Shown here piece after piece: positions 22,270-32,051 of a stretch of DNA of 64,000 bases (position 1 is the first letter of the stretch; each line of letters opens with the position of its first letter). A program made the translations under genes and the position numbers. Below the pieces are notes generated by a model. That model worked only from the letters and a program-made list of their open reading frames with translations, searched no databases and was not told where the DNA came from. This DNA is from Bacteroidaceae bacterium (GTDB taxonomy: Bacteria; Bacteroidota; Bacteroidia; Bacteroidales; Bacteroidaceae): NCBI GenBank assembly GCA_024683455.1, contig JAIKYE010000041.1, positions 47,605-111,604 of the forward strand. The letters are read 5' to 3'.

Positions 22270-24162
22270 CTAATGGAATAAACGTTTTAGTAAATCTGGA
22301 CGTTTAATCTGTTTAAGATATTGTTCTATATTACGTCGTTCTTCCTTCTTGTACCAGAAGAAGAACATCCTTTGTTGTTGTTTATCTTTGGGTGTTTTTG
22401 CGGAGAAAATAGGCTCTAACGTATAAGGGTGATAACCTGTTGCCCAACATGTTGTAGCTACTGTAAGCGGAGTCGGTGTAAAATCTTGAACCTGCTCGAG
22501 CTGGAAATCCATGTTTTTTGTTTCTATGGCTAATTCTGCCATATCTTGAGCGTGGCAACCAGGGTGACTACTTATAAAATAAGGTATAATCTGTTGATGT
22601 AACCGTTCTTTCCTGCATATATCATCAAAAACTTTTTTGAATAGATGAAATAGACGGAAAGAAGGTTTTCGCATTATTTCAAGCACATGATCAGAGGTGT
22701 GTTCCGGAGCTACCTTTAAACGACCGCTTACATGATTAACGATCAGCTCACGTGTATATTCTCTAGCAGCTTTGTTCAGCGTCTCATCTTTCCAGTCGTG
22801 TAAGAGAAGGTCATATCTAACCCCACTACCGATAAAGCTTTTCTTGATGTTAGGAATCTTGGCCACTTCTCTGTAGATTTCAAGAAGTGGACGGTGGTCA
22901 CCATTTAGATTTGGACATATCTGTGGGTGAATACATGATGGTCGTTTACAAACAGCACATGCCTTAGGATTTTTACCGTGCATCATGTACATGTTTGCAC
23001 TTGGTCCCCCCAAATCACTAAGGGATCCTTTGAAATCTGGCTGTTTGGCAATCTGACGCACTTCCTTGAGTATACTCTCCTTAGAACGGCTCATGATAAA
23101 CTTGCCCTGATGCGCACTAATAGTACAGAAAGCACATCCGCCAAAACAACCACGATGCAAATTCACACTGAACTTTATCATGTCAAAGGCGGGAATTCGT
23201 TTCCCATTATATTTGGGATGTGGAAGACGGGTATAAGGTAAATCAAAACTATGGTCTAATTCCTCTTGTGTTAGCGGAGGAAAAGGAGGATTGACAACAA
23301 CCCACTTCCCCTTGGTTTCCTGCAGAAGTCGTTGTGCCTTAAGCTTGTTACTTTCTTCCTCTACATGTCGAAAGTTATCAGCATGCAGTTTCAGATTTGC
23401 CAAACAATCCTCATAACTATGTAAGACAATATCATCTTTTTGAATCCCTCCAGGAATTTCATGATAGTCATATATAGATACTGTTTGTGGTACTGCATTA
23501 TGTTTCTGTATGACATCTCGGAAGGTTTCTCGAGTAATAAACGCCTCACCGTTCTCGTCATAATACAATGAAGGATGGTAATCAGACAAAGCCTCTGACA
23601 ACAGATCTGAAAGCTGCATTGTGGGTTTCTCACCCATACCGTACGTAATAATATCTGCTTCACTGTCGATGAGAATACTTGGCATGAATTTCTCCTTCCA
23701 GTAGTCATAATGCATTACACGCCGCAAACTGGCTTCAATGCCGCCTAAAACAATGGGAACGTCAGGATAGAGTCGTCTCAGTATCTTGGAATATACAATA
23801 GTCGGATATTCTGGCCTTAAGTCATGACGTCCATCGGGACTATAAGCATCTTCACTACGTAATCTTCTTGCTGCGGTATATTTATTGACCATACTGTCCA
23901 TACAGCCAGGAGCGATACCAAACCAAAGACGCGGGCGACCCAATTTTTTGAAATCACGAAAATCACCATGCCAGTCTGGTTGGGGTACAATGCATACGCG
24001 CAAACCTTCTGCTTCCAACAGTCTGCCTATAACAGCAGCACCAAAGGAAGGATGATCAACATAGGCATCAGCGCTGAAGAGTATTACATCAGCACAATCC
24101 CATCCGCGCAATTCCATTTCTTTACGGGTGGTAGGCAACCAATCTGACAGTTTGTGTTCCAT
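22270..24162 (-). CDS. ygiQ: YgiQ-family (UPF0313) radical SAM protein
   Basis: It has the CxxxCxxC cluster CFGGCAFC and YgiQ-like N- and C-terminal extensions. The ATG at 24162 (MEHKLSDW) is the likely start, because the track start at 24186 is a TTG. Confidence 0.85.
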   Translation of the reverse strand: MEHKLSDWLPTTRKEMELRGWDCADVILFSADAYVDHPSFGAAVIGRLLEAEGLRVCIVPQPDWHGDFRDFKKLGRPRLWFGIAPGCMDSMVNKYTAARRLRSEDAYSPDGRHDLRPEYPTIVYSKILRRLYPDVPIVLGGIEASLRRVMHYDYWKEKFMPSILIDSEADIITYGMGEKPTMQLSDLLSEALSDYHPSLYYDENGEAFITRETFRDVIQKHNAVPQTVSIYDYHEIPGGIQKDDIVLHSYEDCLANLKLHADNFRHVEEESNKLKAQRLLQETKGKWVVVNPPFPPLTQEELDHSFDLPYTRLPHPKYNGKRIPAFDMIKFSVNLHRGCFGGCAFCTISAHQGKFIMSRSKESILKEVRQIAKQPDFKGSLSDLGGPSANMYMMHGKNPKACAVCKRPSCIHPQICPNLNGDHRPLLEIYREVAKIPNIKKSFIGSGVRYDLLLHDWKDETLNKAAREYTRELIVNHVSGRLKVAPEHTSDHVLEIMRKPSFRLFHLFKKVFDDICRKERLHQQIIPYFISSHPGCHAQDMAELAIETKNMDFQLEQVQDFTPTPLTVATTCWATGYHPYTLEPIFSAKTPKDKQQQRMFFFWYKKEERRNIEQYLKQIKRPDLLKRLFH

Positions 24163-24172
24163 TACTTTTTTT

Positions 24173-24511
24173 TCACTCTTCTGCAATATCTTCCTTAAGT
24201 GTAGGTTTTAGTGAATCTAATTGCTCTTTTTCCCAATCAATATAAAGTAGTATTAATTGGTGCAAGCCAAAACACTTCATATTGTTGTGAAAGAGTACAT
24301 TCTGACATAAATCCAACAAATCATAGTCTGATGAATTAGATTCAAGAATAGAACGGACATTAAGTCTTAGTTTCTCCAGTACACTCTCGTCAACAATACC
24401 ATTACTATCCAACAATTCGTTGAAAAGCAAATACTTTTCAATTGTCTGTAGATGCTTCTGAGATATATCTATAGTTCGAGAAGCCTTCATGTTACAGATA
24501 ATCTTATACAT
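24173..24511 (-). CDS. hypothetical small protein (112 aa)
   Basis: The ORF starts at an ATG and fills the gap between the 969-aa gene and ygiQ exactly. I recognise no motif. Confidence 0.4.
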   Translation of the reverse strand: MYKIICNMKASRTIDISQKHLQTIEKYLLFNELLDSNGIVDESVLEKLRLNVRSILESNSSDYDLLDLCQNVLFHNNMKCFGLHQLILLYIDWEKEQLDSLKPTLKEDIAEE

Positions 24512-24524
24512 ATTAACAAATCAT

Positions 24525-27434
24525 TTAATTATTATTCAGTAAAAAATGTACAGAAGCGTTAATGACACTCCGTCTTACTTTCTCATCGGTTATGCATTCC
24601 AGTGGGAAACCGAATGAGATGGTTTTCCTATCAGTCCCGTTGTAGGCAATAGCTGAGGGTAAATCTGTCGGCTTATATAACATTGTACAAAAGGAGTTTT
24701 CCGTTCCGCGTAGCACGTCGGCAGTCCTAATCCAATAGTGCTTTTCACTAGGATTATGATACACTTGTACGCTTGTATTCATGCCACTGATATTTGCTAT
24801 GCTGTCTAAAGACAAAGATTGTTCATAACTAAACTTGAAAATGTTCTTTGTAAAGTTCCTTTCTTCTGGTGTTTGCATGTCTGAACCAATAAAGGCACCA
24901 CTTAATAGAAGGTTACCACCATTAGATGCGTATGAAGATATAGCAGACATCAACTCTAGCGTAAAGGTTTTGTAGTTACATAGACTATATCCATCTTTCT
25001 TCTGCGCTCCAAAAACAAGGTTTATCAATTGATAAGGTGCAGTTTTGATTGAAGGTAGGGCAGTGGACACACAACTGCTAATGTTGAAATCCTTTCCTCC
25101 CGAAATTATATCCTCAGCATATTGAGTACAATAGTCATGTGTATTACCAGCAAGAATCATTCCCTCAAGTTCATTTCCACTTTCACCAATTGTACTCCAA
25201 GATTCTTTGTTGAATAAATACTGATATCCACAATACACGGGTGATTTTACATCTAATACTCCAGGATCAATATCCAATCTGAATCCACGTAAATAACTGT
25301 TATCAACAGGTAAAGGTCCTGCAACTCTTTGGAAGCCATCTACCATTAGAATGTTGTCACAATCGGGAGTAGATATGTATGCACAAACCTCCTGATTAGA
25401 AAGACTCCTTCCACCATCGTTAACGGCACAAACCTTAAATCTGTATAAAACCTTTGGTTCAAGAGACAAAGTTATTGATGTCTCACTTGCAGAAACAAGA
25501 ATACCATTATCATATCCTTTGTTACCTGCGCTTGTGTAAACAATGTAGTTTGTGGGCGTAGCTGATGGCTCTAACTTATCTTCGGTTGCTGTCCAACTTA
25601 AGCGGACCTCATTGTTTTTCGGATTAACAATAGCAGACAAATTATTTACAGGAAGCGGTTGAACTGAATATTCTGTATTCTGATGAACATTATTTATGTA
25701 TTTAAGTACACCTTTGTATATTGCTCTAGCCATTGTAATCTTGAACATTGGATCATGTGCCATACGCATATCCTGCCAATTTTGATGGCTCAACATTTCA
25801 AGTATCATGGCAGGAACTTGAGGGTCTCGTGATTCACCATAGTTTTTGTCGTACAATTGTCTACGATTCCAGGAACCATAAGATTGGGTAAGGTCGTTTG
25901 TAACCTGGGTCATCACCATGTCGGCAAAATCTCTGCTTGACAACCTTGAAAGTCCTGCGCCAGTCAAATTATCATAATAGCCAGTCGTATAAATGCCTAA
26001 TGTTCCAATATACGAGTTATCTTTTCGAAATCCTGCATCGCTATGAACAGCAAGACTCAATTCAAGCGGGACACACAGACCGCTATCGCCTGGAAGATAC
26101 GAACTTCCGCGTGCTAGGTAATTCTGAACGTATGAACGTGTTCTAATATCGTCAGAGTAATCGTCGGATCCATCTTTAGAATAAACCTCATAGGGAAATC
26201 CCGACCATTGAGCCGTATAGCGTGCGCCCTCAAGACAACGTGCTAGCCCGCTTTGTGTTAATGGTGTGGACATTAACGTGTCGCTGCGTGCAATATTACT
26301 CATGCCACCGCCAAGTCTGATAGCATCTGCCGTGATTACACCGCGGTACGAACTATAATTGGAAAGATAAATACAATTTTGATTGTTCCTTCCTTTGTCA
26401 AATCGAAAGGTTCCTAGGTATACCCATGTGCCACCTCCCATTTGCTGATTCACTTTGTAACTTGTTAAAACTCCCTGATGTACAATGGTATAACAAGCAT
26501 CACTTACACTATTTGGCAATGTTTTGTAAGAAACATAAACTGCATATTCTCCATTATCTGTAATTTCAGGAACCCAAAGGGCTGTGCTTAGTTGATGCTT
26601 ATTATTTGTAGTCTCGATTTGTCTGTAAGAACCCTCTATGAAAGGGTTCTGTTTATCAGTATATACATCATGTGTTTTACAAAATCCGGGAGCACCTGTT
26701 TCCCATTCAAACTTAGCATTATTCTCTATATAAGCTCCTTCTTTTTCTCCCATATCATTATCCACAATAACCTCGTTTTTTTGCCAATCCCGCTCTCGTG
26801 GCGAATAGACAATGGCACCAGCATTTTCCAACATTGGTATCAGATAAGGGATAACAATGCTTTGTGTAAAAAGATCCTCGGTCGTACAATACAGATATGG
26901 ACGCTGAAAAATCCATTCGGCTCTCTTTACATTGTAATATTTACCATGACTGGCCCAGACACATAGATGTTTGCCCTTTAATCCTTTATTGATAGAGTAG
27001 GGAAGGTTGACTGGTGTAACCCAAGCGTTCCCTTTGTATAGATTCTTTCCATAAACCCTCATACTGTCACGCTCGGAAAGAAGGTTAATAGGAATTAGTT
27101 GTTCAATGGGAACATCCTGAGCGTAAATAATAAGTTGGTATGTGTTATATGGCGTCTCTAATGTACTACGAACCTCCTCATATATTTTTTGTACTAATGA
27201 TGGCGTAAATGGTTGTGCTTTGAATGCATCATTAAGATAGATAGTATATCGTTTCTCCTCATTATTTATATCTAAATCTTCAATCTTTATTTTATCTGCA
27301 GATGAGAAGTTTGGATTCTGATATTTTTCAAAGTAAACTGCCAACGGCGTTTTTTCTTTATGCCCTCGTTGTGCATTGCAATCTACACATACTGATAGGA
27401 AAAGAAGAAAAGTAATAGTAATCCTGAAAAACAT
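24525..27434 (-). CDS. large secreted protein with a split amidase_3-like (MurNAc-LAA fold) domain, an inserted beta-rich domain, an FN3-like domain and a C-terminal domain
   Basis: 969 aa with signal peptide MFFRITITFLLFLSVCVDCNAQ. Amidase-like motifs are CVWASHGKYY, LAVHSDAG and AMILEMLSHQN. An FN3-like segment runs SWTATED...YRFKVCAVNDGG. Confidence 0.6.
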   Translation of the reverse strand: MFFRITITFLLFLSVCVDCNAQRGHKEKTPLAVYFEKYQNPNFSSADKIKIEDLDINNEEKRYTIYLNDAFKAQPFTPSLVQKIYEEVRSTLETPYNTYQLIIYAQDVPIEQLIPINLLSERDSMRVYGKNLYKGNAWVTPVNLPYSINKGLKGKHLCVWASHGKYYNVKRAEWIFQRPYLYCTTEDLFTQSIVIPYLIPMLENAGAIVYSPRERDWQKNEVIVDNDMGEKEGAYIENNAKFEWETGAPGFCKTHDVYTDKQNPFIEGSYRQIETTNNKHQLSTALWVPEITDNGEYAVYVSYKTLPNSVSDACYTIVHQGVLTSYKVNQQMGGGTWVYLGTFRFDKGRNNQNCIYLSNYSSYRGVITADAIRLGGGMSNIARSDTLMSTPLTQSGLARCLEGARYTAQWSGFPYEVYSKDGSDDYSDDIRTRSYVQNYLARGSSYLPGDSGLCVPLELSLAVHSDAGFRKDNSYIGTLGIYTTGYYDNLTGAGLSRLSSRDFADMVMTQVTNDLTQSYGSWNRRQLYDKNYGESRDPQVPAMILEMLSHQNWQDMRMAHDPMFKITMARAIYKGVLKYINNVHQNTEYSVQPLPVNNLSAIVNPKNNEVRLSWTATEDKLEPSATPTNYIVYTSAGNKGYDNGILVSASETSITLSLEPKVLYRFKVCAVNDGGRSLSNQEVCAYISTPDCDNILMVDGFQRVAGPLPVDNSYLRGFRLDIDPGVLDVKSPVYCGYQYLFNKESWSTIGESGNELEGMILAGNTHDYCTQYAEDIISGGKDFNISSCVSTALPSIKTAPYQLINLVFGAQKKDGYSLCNYKTFTLELMSAISSYASNGGNLLLSGAFIGSDMQTPEERNFTKNIFKFSYEQSLSLDSIANISGMNTSVQVYHNPSEKHYWIRTADVLRGTENSFCTMLYKPTDLPSAIAYNGTDRKTISFGFPLECITDEKVRRSVINASVHFLLNNN

Positions 27435-27451
27435 ATCTTATACCTCACGTT

Positions 27452-27997
27452 TTATAATACAAACTGCTCTGGATGCTTTCCTGTAAAGTCTTGAAAGTAA
27501 TCCTTTATTTCTTGAAGTTGATTTTCTATGTCCCCATTGGGGATAACCTTCTTAGTGCAAACAATTGTCTTGGTCTTAAAATCCAGCCCATAGAGTAGGA
27601 TGGGTATGTTTGCCTTTAAAGCAATATAATAGAAACCTTTCTTCCAATCTGCATTTGCTTTGCGTGTTCCCTCTGGAGTAACACAGATTCTGAATATGTC
27701 TGCTTGTTTAGCCTGTTCTGCAACAGAATCTGTTATATTCATTTTCTTGTTTCGATAAACAGGAATACCGCCTAAACGTCTCATTAGAATCCCTAATGGC
27801 CAAAAGAACCATTCCTTTTTCATTAAGAACAGGTTTGACTCTCCAATTGCTGATGAATATAGTTTGCCAATAATAAAATCCCAATTGCTTGTATGTGGAG
27901 CTAAGGCTATAACGCACTTAGCAGGTAAGGGTTCAGTAACATTTTCACTGAATCCTAACCAACCAAATAAAAATTTCTTGCTAAGCTTTTGAAGCAT
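27452..27997 (-). CDS. PlsC-like (lysophospholipid) acyltransferase
   Basis: 181 aa. It has the HxxxxD motif APHTSNWD and a downstream VTPEGTR motif. Confidence 0.75.
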   Translation of the reverse strand: MLQKLSKKFLFGWLGFSENVTEPLPAKCVIALAPHTSNWDFIIGKLYSSAIGESNLFLMKKEWFFWPLGILMRRLGGIPVYRNKKMNITDSVAEQAKQADIFRICVTPEGTRKANADWKKGFYYIALKANIPILLYGLDFKTKTIVCTKKVIPNGDIENQLQEIKDYFQDFTGKHPEQFVL

Positions 27998-28002
27998 ATT
28001 GT

Positions 28003-28269
28003 TTATGCCAATGTTTTTATTTGCTCAATAATTTCTTCTGTTCGAGTACGTAAATCTTCGCGTAACTTTTTGAAGAAAAGTTTTGTATTACCTGGTTCTA
28101 CATGTGACAGTCTGCTCACCATGTCGTCTTGTAGTTTCAGAACAGTAAGCATCACGTTTTCTACATCCTTTGTATCTGGCTTATTTTTGTAATGAAGTAA
28201 AGCCACACACTCAGCGAACAAGTCGCCACATAATGAATTGATGTCTTTCTTAATCTCTCTTCTTTTCAT
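28003..28269 (-). CDS. hypothetical small helical protein (88 aa)
   Basis: The ATG at 28269 (MKRREIKK) lies downstream of the promoter box at 28304..28311. The longer ORF to 28341 would span that box. Confidence 0.45.
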   Translation of the reverse strand: MKRREIKKDINSLCGDLFAECVALLHYKNKPDTKDVENVMLTVLKLQDDMVSRLSHVEPGNTKLFFKKLREDLRTRTEEIIEQIKTLA

Positions 28270-28303
28270 AATACTGAAAGTTAAAGTGGTGTATCTTACA
28301 AAG

Positions 28304-28311
28304 CAAAGATA
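28304..28311 (-). promoter_or_regulatory. Bacteroidetes -7 box
   Basis: TATCTTTG on the minus strand lies upstream of the 88-aa ORF and the co-directional gene string. Confidence 0.5.
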
Positions 28312-28405
28312 TAAATAAATCTTCAAACCTCTATAATTCAAATGTTTATTTTTAATAAAAATGGAGAAAAATTGTACATTCTTTCTTTATTTCCCCTACT
28401 TTTTG

Positions 28406-28413
28406 TAATTTTG
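28406..28413 (+). promoter_or_regulatory. Bacteroidetes -7 box
   Basis: TGTAATTTTGC lies upstream of pfp. Confidence 0.55.
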
Positions 28414-28469
28414 CGTCGCGAAAAGTGAGTATATAATATTATAACGTAAAAAGAAACATTTATAGAATT

Positions 28470-30116
28470 ATGGAAAAAAGCGCATTGCAGGTAGCTCGTG
28501 CTGCCTATCAGCCTAAACTCCCCAAAGCTCTGCAGGGACCTGTAGTTGCAGTAGAGGGTGCAGCTACACAGAGTGTTGGAAATCAGGAGGAAATAAAGGC
28601 TATGTTCCCTAATACATATGGTATGCCTGTTATTACCTTCAAGGCTGGTGAGCAGAAGAGTCTTGAGCCATTCAACGTTGGTATCATCCTTAGTGGTGGT
28701 CAGGCTCCTGGTGGTCACAATGTTATCAGCGGTTTGTATGACGGTGTTAAATCTCTTAACCCTAACTGCAAGTTGTATGGTTTCTTGATGGGACCTGGTG
28801 GCTTGGTTGATCACAAGTATGTAGAGTTCACCGACTCTTTCATCGACGAATATCGTAATACCGGTGGTTTTGATATTATCGGTTCAGGCCGTACAAAGTT
28901 GGAGAAAGAGGCTCAGTTCGAGAGCGGTATTGAAATTCTGCGTAAGCTTGGCATAAAGGCGTTGGTTATTATCGGTGGTGATGACTCTAATACTAATGCT
29001 TGTGTTTTGGCTGAGTACTATGCAGCCAAGAAGTATGGCGTTCAGGTAATAGGTTGTCCAAAGACTATTGATGGTGACTTGAAGAATGAGCAGATAGAGA
29101 CCAGTTTTGGTTTCGACACAGCTTGTAAGACATATAGCGAGTTGATTGGTAATATTCAGCGCGACTGTAACTCTGCCCGCAAGTACTGGCACTTCATCAA
29201 ATTAATGGGTCGTTCTGCTTCTCACATTGCTCTTGAATGTGCTTTGCAGACCCAGCCTAATGCATGTCTGATTTCTGAGGAAGTTGAACAGAAAGAGATG
29301 TCTTTGGACGATGTTGTGACATATTTGGCTAAGATTGTCGCAGATCGTGCTGCTGAAGGTAACAATTTCGGTACGGTTTTGATTCCAGAGGGACTGATTG
29401 AGTTCATTCCTGCAATCAAAAAGTTGATTGCTGAGTTGAATGAGGTTCTGACAGACCCATCAACAGGAGAAAGTCGTGAGTTTGCTTCAAAAGACGAGCA
29501 AGTATCTTTCGTAAAGAGCCATATTGCTCCTGAAAACCTTGCTGTTTTGGAGTCTCTGCCCAAGGATGTTGAGCGTCAGCTCTGCTTGGATCGTGACCCC
29601 CACGGAAATGTTCAGGTTTCTCTTATTGAGACAGAGAAGTTGCTATCTGCTATGGTTGCTACCAAGTTGGCTGCTTGGAAGGCAGAAGGCAAATACAATG
29701 GCAAATTTAGTGCTCAGCATCATTTCTTTGGTTATGAAGGTCGTTGTGCAGCTCCCTCTAACTACGATGCAGACTACTGCTACAGCCTTGGTTTCAATGC
29801 AAGTCGCCTGATAGCTAACGGCAAGACTGGTTATATGTCTATTATCAAGAACACTACAGCACCTGCAGATGAGTGGATTGCTGGTGGTGTGCCCATCACC
29901 ATGATGATGAATATGGAGCGTCGTAATGGTGCCATGAAGCCTGTTATTCGTAAGGCTCTTGTTGAATTGGATGGTGCACCCTTCAAGTTCTTTTCAAGCA
30001 AACGTGAGGAATGGGCTAAAAATACCTGCTACGTATATCCTGGTCCAATCCAGTATTGGGGTCCTTCTGAAGTATGTGACCAATGTACAAAAACACTTGC
30101 ATTGGAGCAGAAATAA
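28470..30116 (+). CDS. pfp: diphosphate--fructose-6-phosphate 1-phosphotransferase (PPi-dependent PFK)
   Basis: 548 aa. PFK motifs IILSGGQAPGGHNV, GGDDSNT and PKTIDGDL are present, and the length fits the long PPi-PFK type. Confidence 0.9.
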   Translation: MEKSALQVARAAYQPKLPKALQGPVVAVEGAATQSVGNQEEIKAMFPNTYGMPVITFKAGEQKSLEPFNVGIILSGGQAPGGHNVISGLYDGVKSLNPNCKLYGFLMGPGGLVDHKYVEFTDSFIDEYRNTGGFDIIGSGRTKLEKEAQFESGIEILRKLGIKALVIIGGDDSNTNACVLAEYYAAKKYGVQVIGCPKTIDGDLKNEQIETSFGFDTACKTYSELIGNIQRDCNSARKYWHFIKLMGRSASHIALECALQTQPNACLISEEVEQKEMSLDDVVTYLAKIVADRAAEGNNFGTVLIPEGLIEFIPAIKKLIAELNEVLTDPSTGESREFASKDEQVSFVKSHIAPENLAVLESLPKDVERQLCLDRDPHGNVQVSLIETEKLLSAMVATKLAAWKAEGKYNGKFSAQHHFFGYEGRCAAPSNYDADYCYSLGFNASRLIANGKTGYMSIIKNTTAPADEWIAGGVPITMMMNMERRNGAMKPVIRKALVELDGAPFKFFSSKREEWAKNTCYVYPGPIQYWGPSEVCDQCTKTLALEQK

Positions 30117-30182
30117 TAAATTAATATAATATCCCCCTCTTCTGCTTATGACGAGTAGGAGAGGGGGTAATATAAGAAGTTT

Positions 30183-31094
30183 TTGGCCACCAGCAGTAGA
30201 CCTAGAAAGACAAGAAGTGGTTCTATAAATAGGAGATCAGCTTCGTCGTCACTAAAAAACGGAATCAGAAGACACAAAAACAAGAAATCCGTTTTTGGAA
30301 GGTATGCTGTATATATCTGGGTTGGTATTATATTGGTTGCCGTTGCTTATATTGGACTGTTTTACTATTTTTTTGTAAGTCCATATAGTTTCAGATGGAA
30401 AGCCATATACGGCGAACCAAAATATCCGGAGGGATATAATGTGAGAGGTATTGACATCAGTCATTACCAGACAAGTATCAAATGGGAGAAACTTAGAAAC
30501 GCATCACTCAATAATGATCCGGTGCGTTTTATCATAATTAAAGCTACGGAAGGAAAAGATCTCTATGATGATGATTTTAACGACAACTTCTTTCAAGCAA
30601 AGGAGAATGACTTCATACGTGGCGCATATCATTTCTTCGTTCCTGGTGTAGACGCTGCAGAACAAGCTCGTTTTTATTTACATCAAGTCCATCTTGTTCC
30701 TGGAGACTTACCACCAGTGTTAGACATAGAGAAAATTGGGAAACTCACAAAACAACAGCTCCAACAAGACGTAAAGAGATGGTTAGATATTGTTGAGGAA
30801 AAATATGGTGTTAAGCCAATCTTATATACAAGTTACAAATTCAAAAAAGATTATCTAGATAATCCAATATTTAATGAATACCCATATTGGATTGCACATT
30901 ATTATATAAATAAACTTGAATATAAAGGCGACTGGGTGATGTGGCAACATACAGACTGTGGAAAGGTTGATGGTATTAAAGGTTTTGTTGATTGTAATAT
31001 CTTTAATGGAACAATTCGAGAGCTTGAGGCATTCACAATACAAGATAAGGACGAGGTTATTCCCGACGATGATATAGAAGAGGATGGTTTATAG
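30183..31094 (+). CDS. GH25 muramidase (lysozyme) with a basic N-terminus and one TM anchor
   Basis: GH25 motifs RGIDISHYQ, IIKATEG and GAYHF are present. There is no in-frame ATG before the TM segment, so the TTG at 30183 is only tentative. Confidence 0.75.
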   Translation: MATSSRPRKTRSGSINRRSASSSLKNGIRRHKNKKSVFGRYAVYIWVGIILVAVAYIGLFYYFFVSPYSFRWKAIYGEPKYPEGYNVRGIDISHYQTSIKWEKLRNASLNNDPVRFIIIKATEGKDLYDDDFNDNFFQAKENDFIRGAYHFFVPGVDAAEQARFYLHQVHLVPGDLPPVLDIEKIGKLTKQQLQQDVKRWLDIVEEKYGVKPILYTSYKFKKDYLDNPIFNEYPYWIAHYYINKLEYKGDWVMWQHTDCGKVDGIKGFVDCNIFNGTIRELEAFTIQDKDEVIPDDDIEEDGL

Positions 31095-31131
31095 AGAACT
31101 TTCTAAACATAATCACGATTACGATTTATAA

Positions 31132-32046
31132 ATGGCAAGAAATATAACAGGAGAAGAATATTCGGCACAGAAATACATAGAATTACCCGTCAGAGAACCT
31201 ATGGAACTGATGGAATTCATGTTAAAGCAGATGTCTGGAGTTAGTAGAAATCGTGTTAAGGATTTGCTAACAGGACACGCTGTTACTGTTGACCGTAAAC
31301 TGGTAACACAATATAATTATATGCTCAAAGTTGGCGAGATGGTCAGAATCTCTCGCCATAAGCGCAGTACAGAGCTCATAAACAAGCATATAAAGATTGT
31401 TTATGAGGATAAGGATATTGTAGTTATTGAAAAACAGCCTGGAATATTGAGCATGGCTTCTTCCCCAAATCAGTTTTGTGTTAAATCTATCCTTGATGAT
31501 TATTTCCACAAACGACACTTCAAATGTACAGCTCACGTAGTGCATCGTTTGGACAGAGAAACGTCAGGATTGATGATTTACGCCAAAAGTATTGAGATGG
31601 AGCAAATTCTAGAAGGAAATTGGCATGATATAGTCTACGACCGCAGATATGTCGCCGTTTTGTGCGGAAGTATGGAGCAAGAAGGTGGAACTGTTCATTC
31701 ATGGTTGAAAGATAATAAGGCATTCTTTACTTACAGTAGTCCAACTGATAATGGCGGAAAAGAAGCCATAACACACTATCATCTTTTGCAAAAGAATGAG
31801 GATTATAGTTTGGTGGAGATGCGTCTAGAAACAGGACGTAAAAATCAAATTCGTGTACACATGAATGATCTAGGCTATCCTGTTGCTGGAGATACAAAAT
31901 ATGGAAACGGACGGAATCCTATCGGGAGATTAGCTTTACATGCTTATCGCTTAAATTTTTATCATCCTCGAACAGGTGAACCTATGACATTTGAAACACC
32001 CTTCCCCACCTCGTTCAAGAAAGTTTTCGAAACATCTAAAAAATAA
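31132..32046 (+). CDS. RluA-family pseudouridine synthase (RluD-like, with an S4 domain)
   Basis: The catalytic motif HRLDRETSGLMIYAK is present, together with GRKNQIRVH. Confidence 0.9.
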   Translation: MARNITGEEYSAQKYIELPVREPMELMEFMLKQMSGVSRNRVKDLLTGHAVTVDRKLVTQYNYMLKVGEMVRISRHKRSTELINKHIKIVYEDKDIVVIEKQPGILSMASSPNQFCVKSILDDYFHKRHFKCTAHVVHRLDRETSGLMIYAKSIEMEQILEGNWHDIVYDRRYVAVLCGSMEQEGGTVHSWLKDNKAFFTYSSPTDNGGKEAITHYHLLQKNEDYSLVEMRLETGRKNQIRVHMNDLGYPVAGDTKYGNGRNPIGRLALHAYRLNFYHPRTGEPMTFETPFPTSFKKVFETSKK

Positions 32047-32051
32047 ATATT

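Noticed and set aside
28338-28814. 158-aa minus-strand ORF overlapping the pfp promoter and 5' end
   Set aside because: It crosses two divergent promoter boxes and the start of a confidently identified gene, and it has no motifs.
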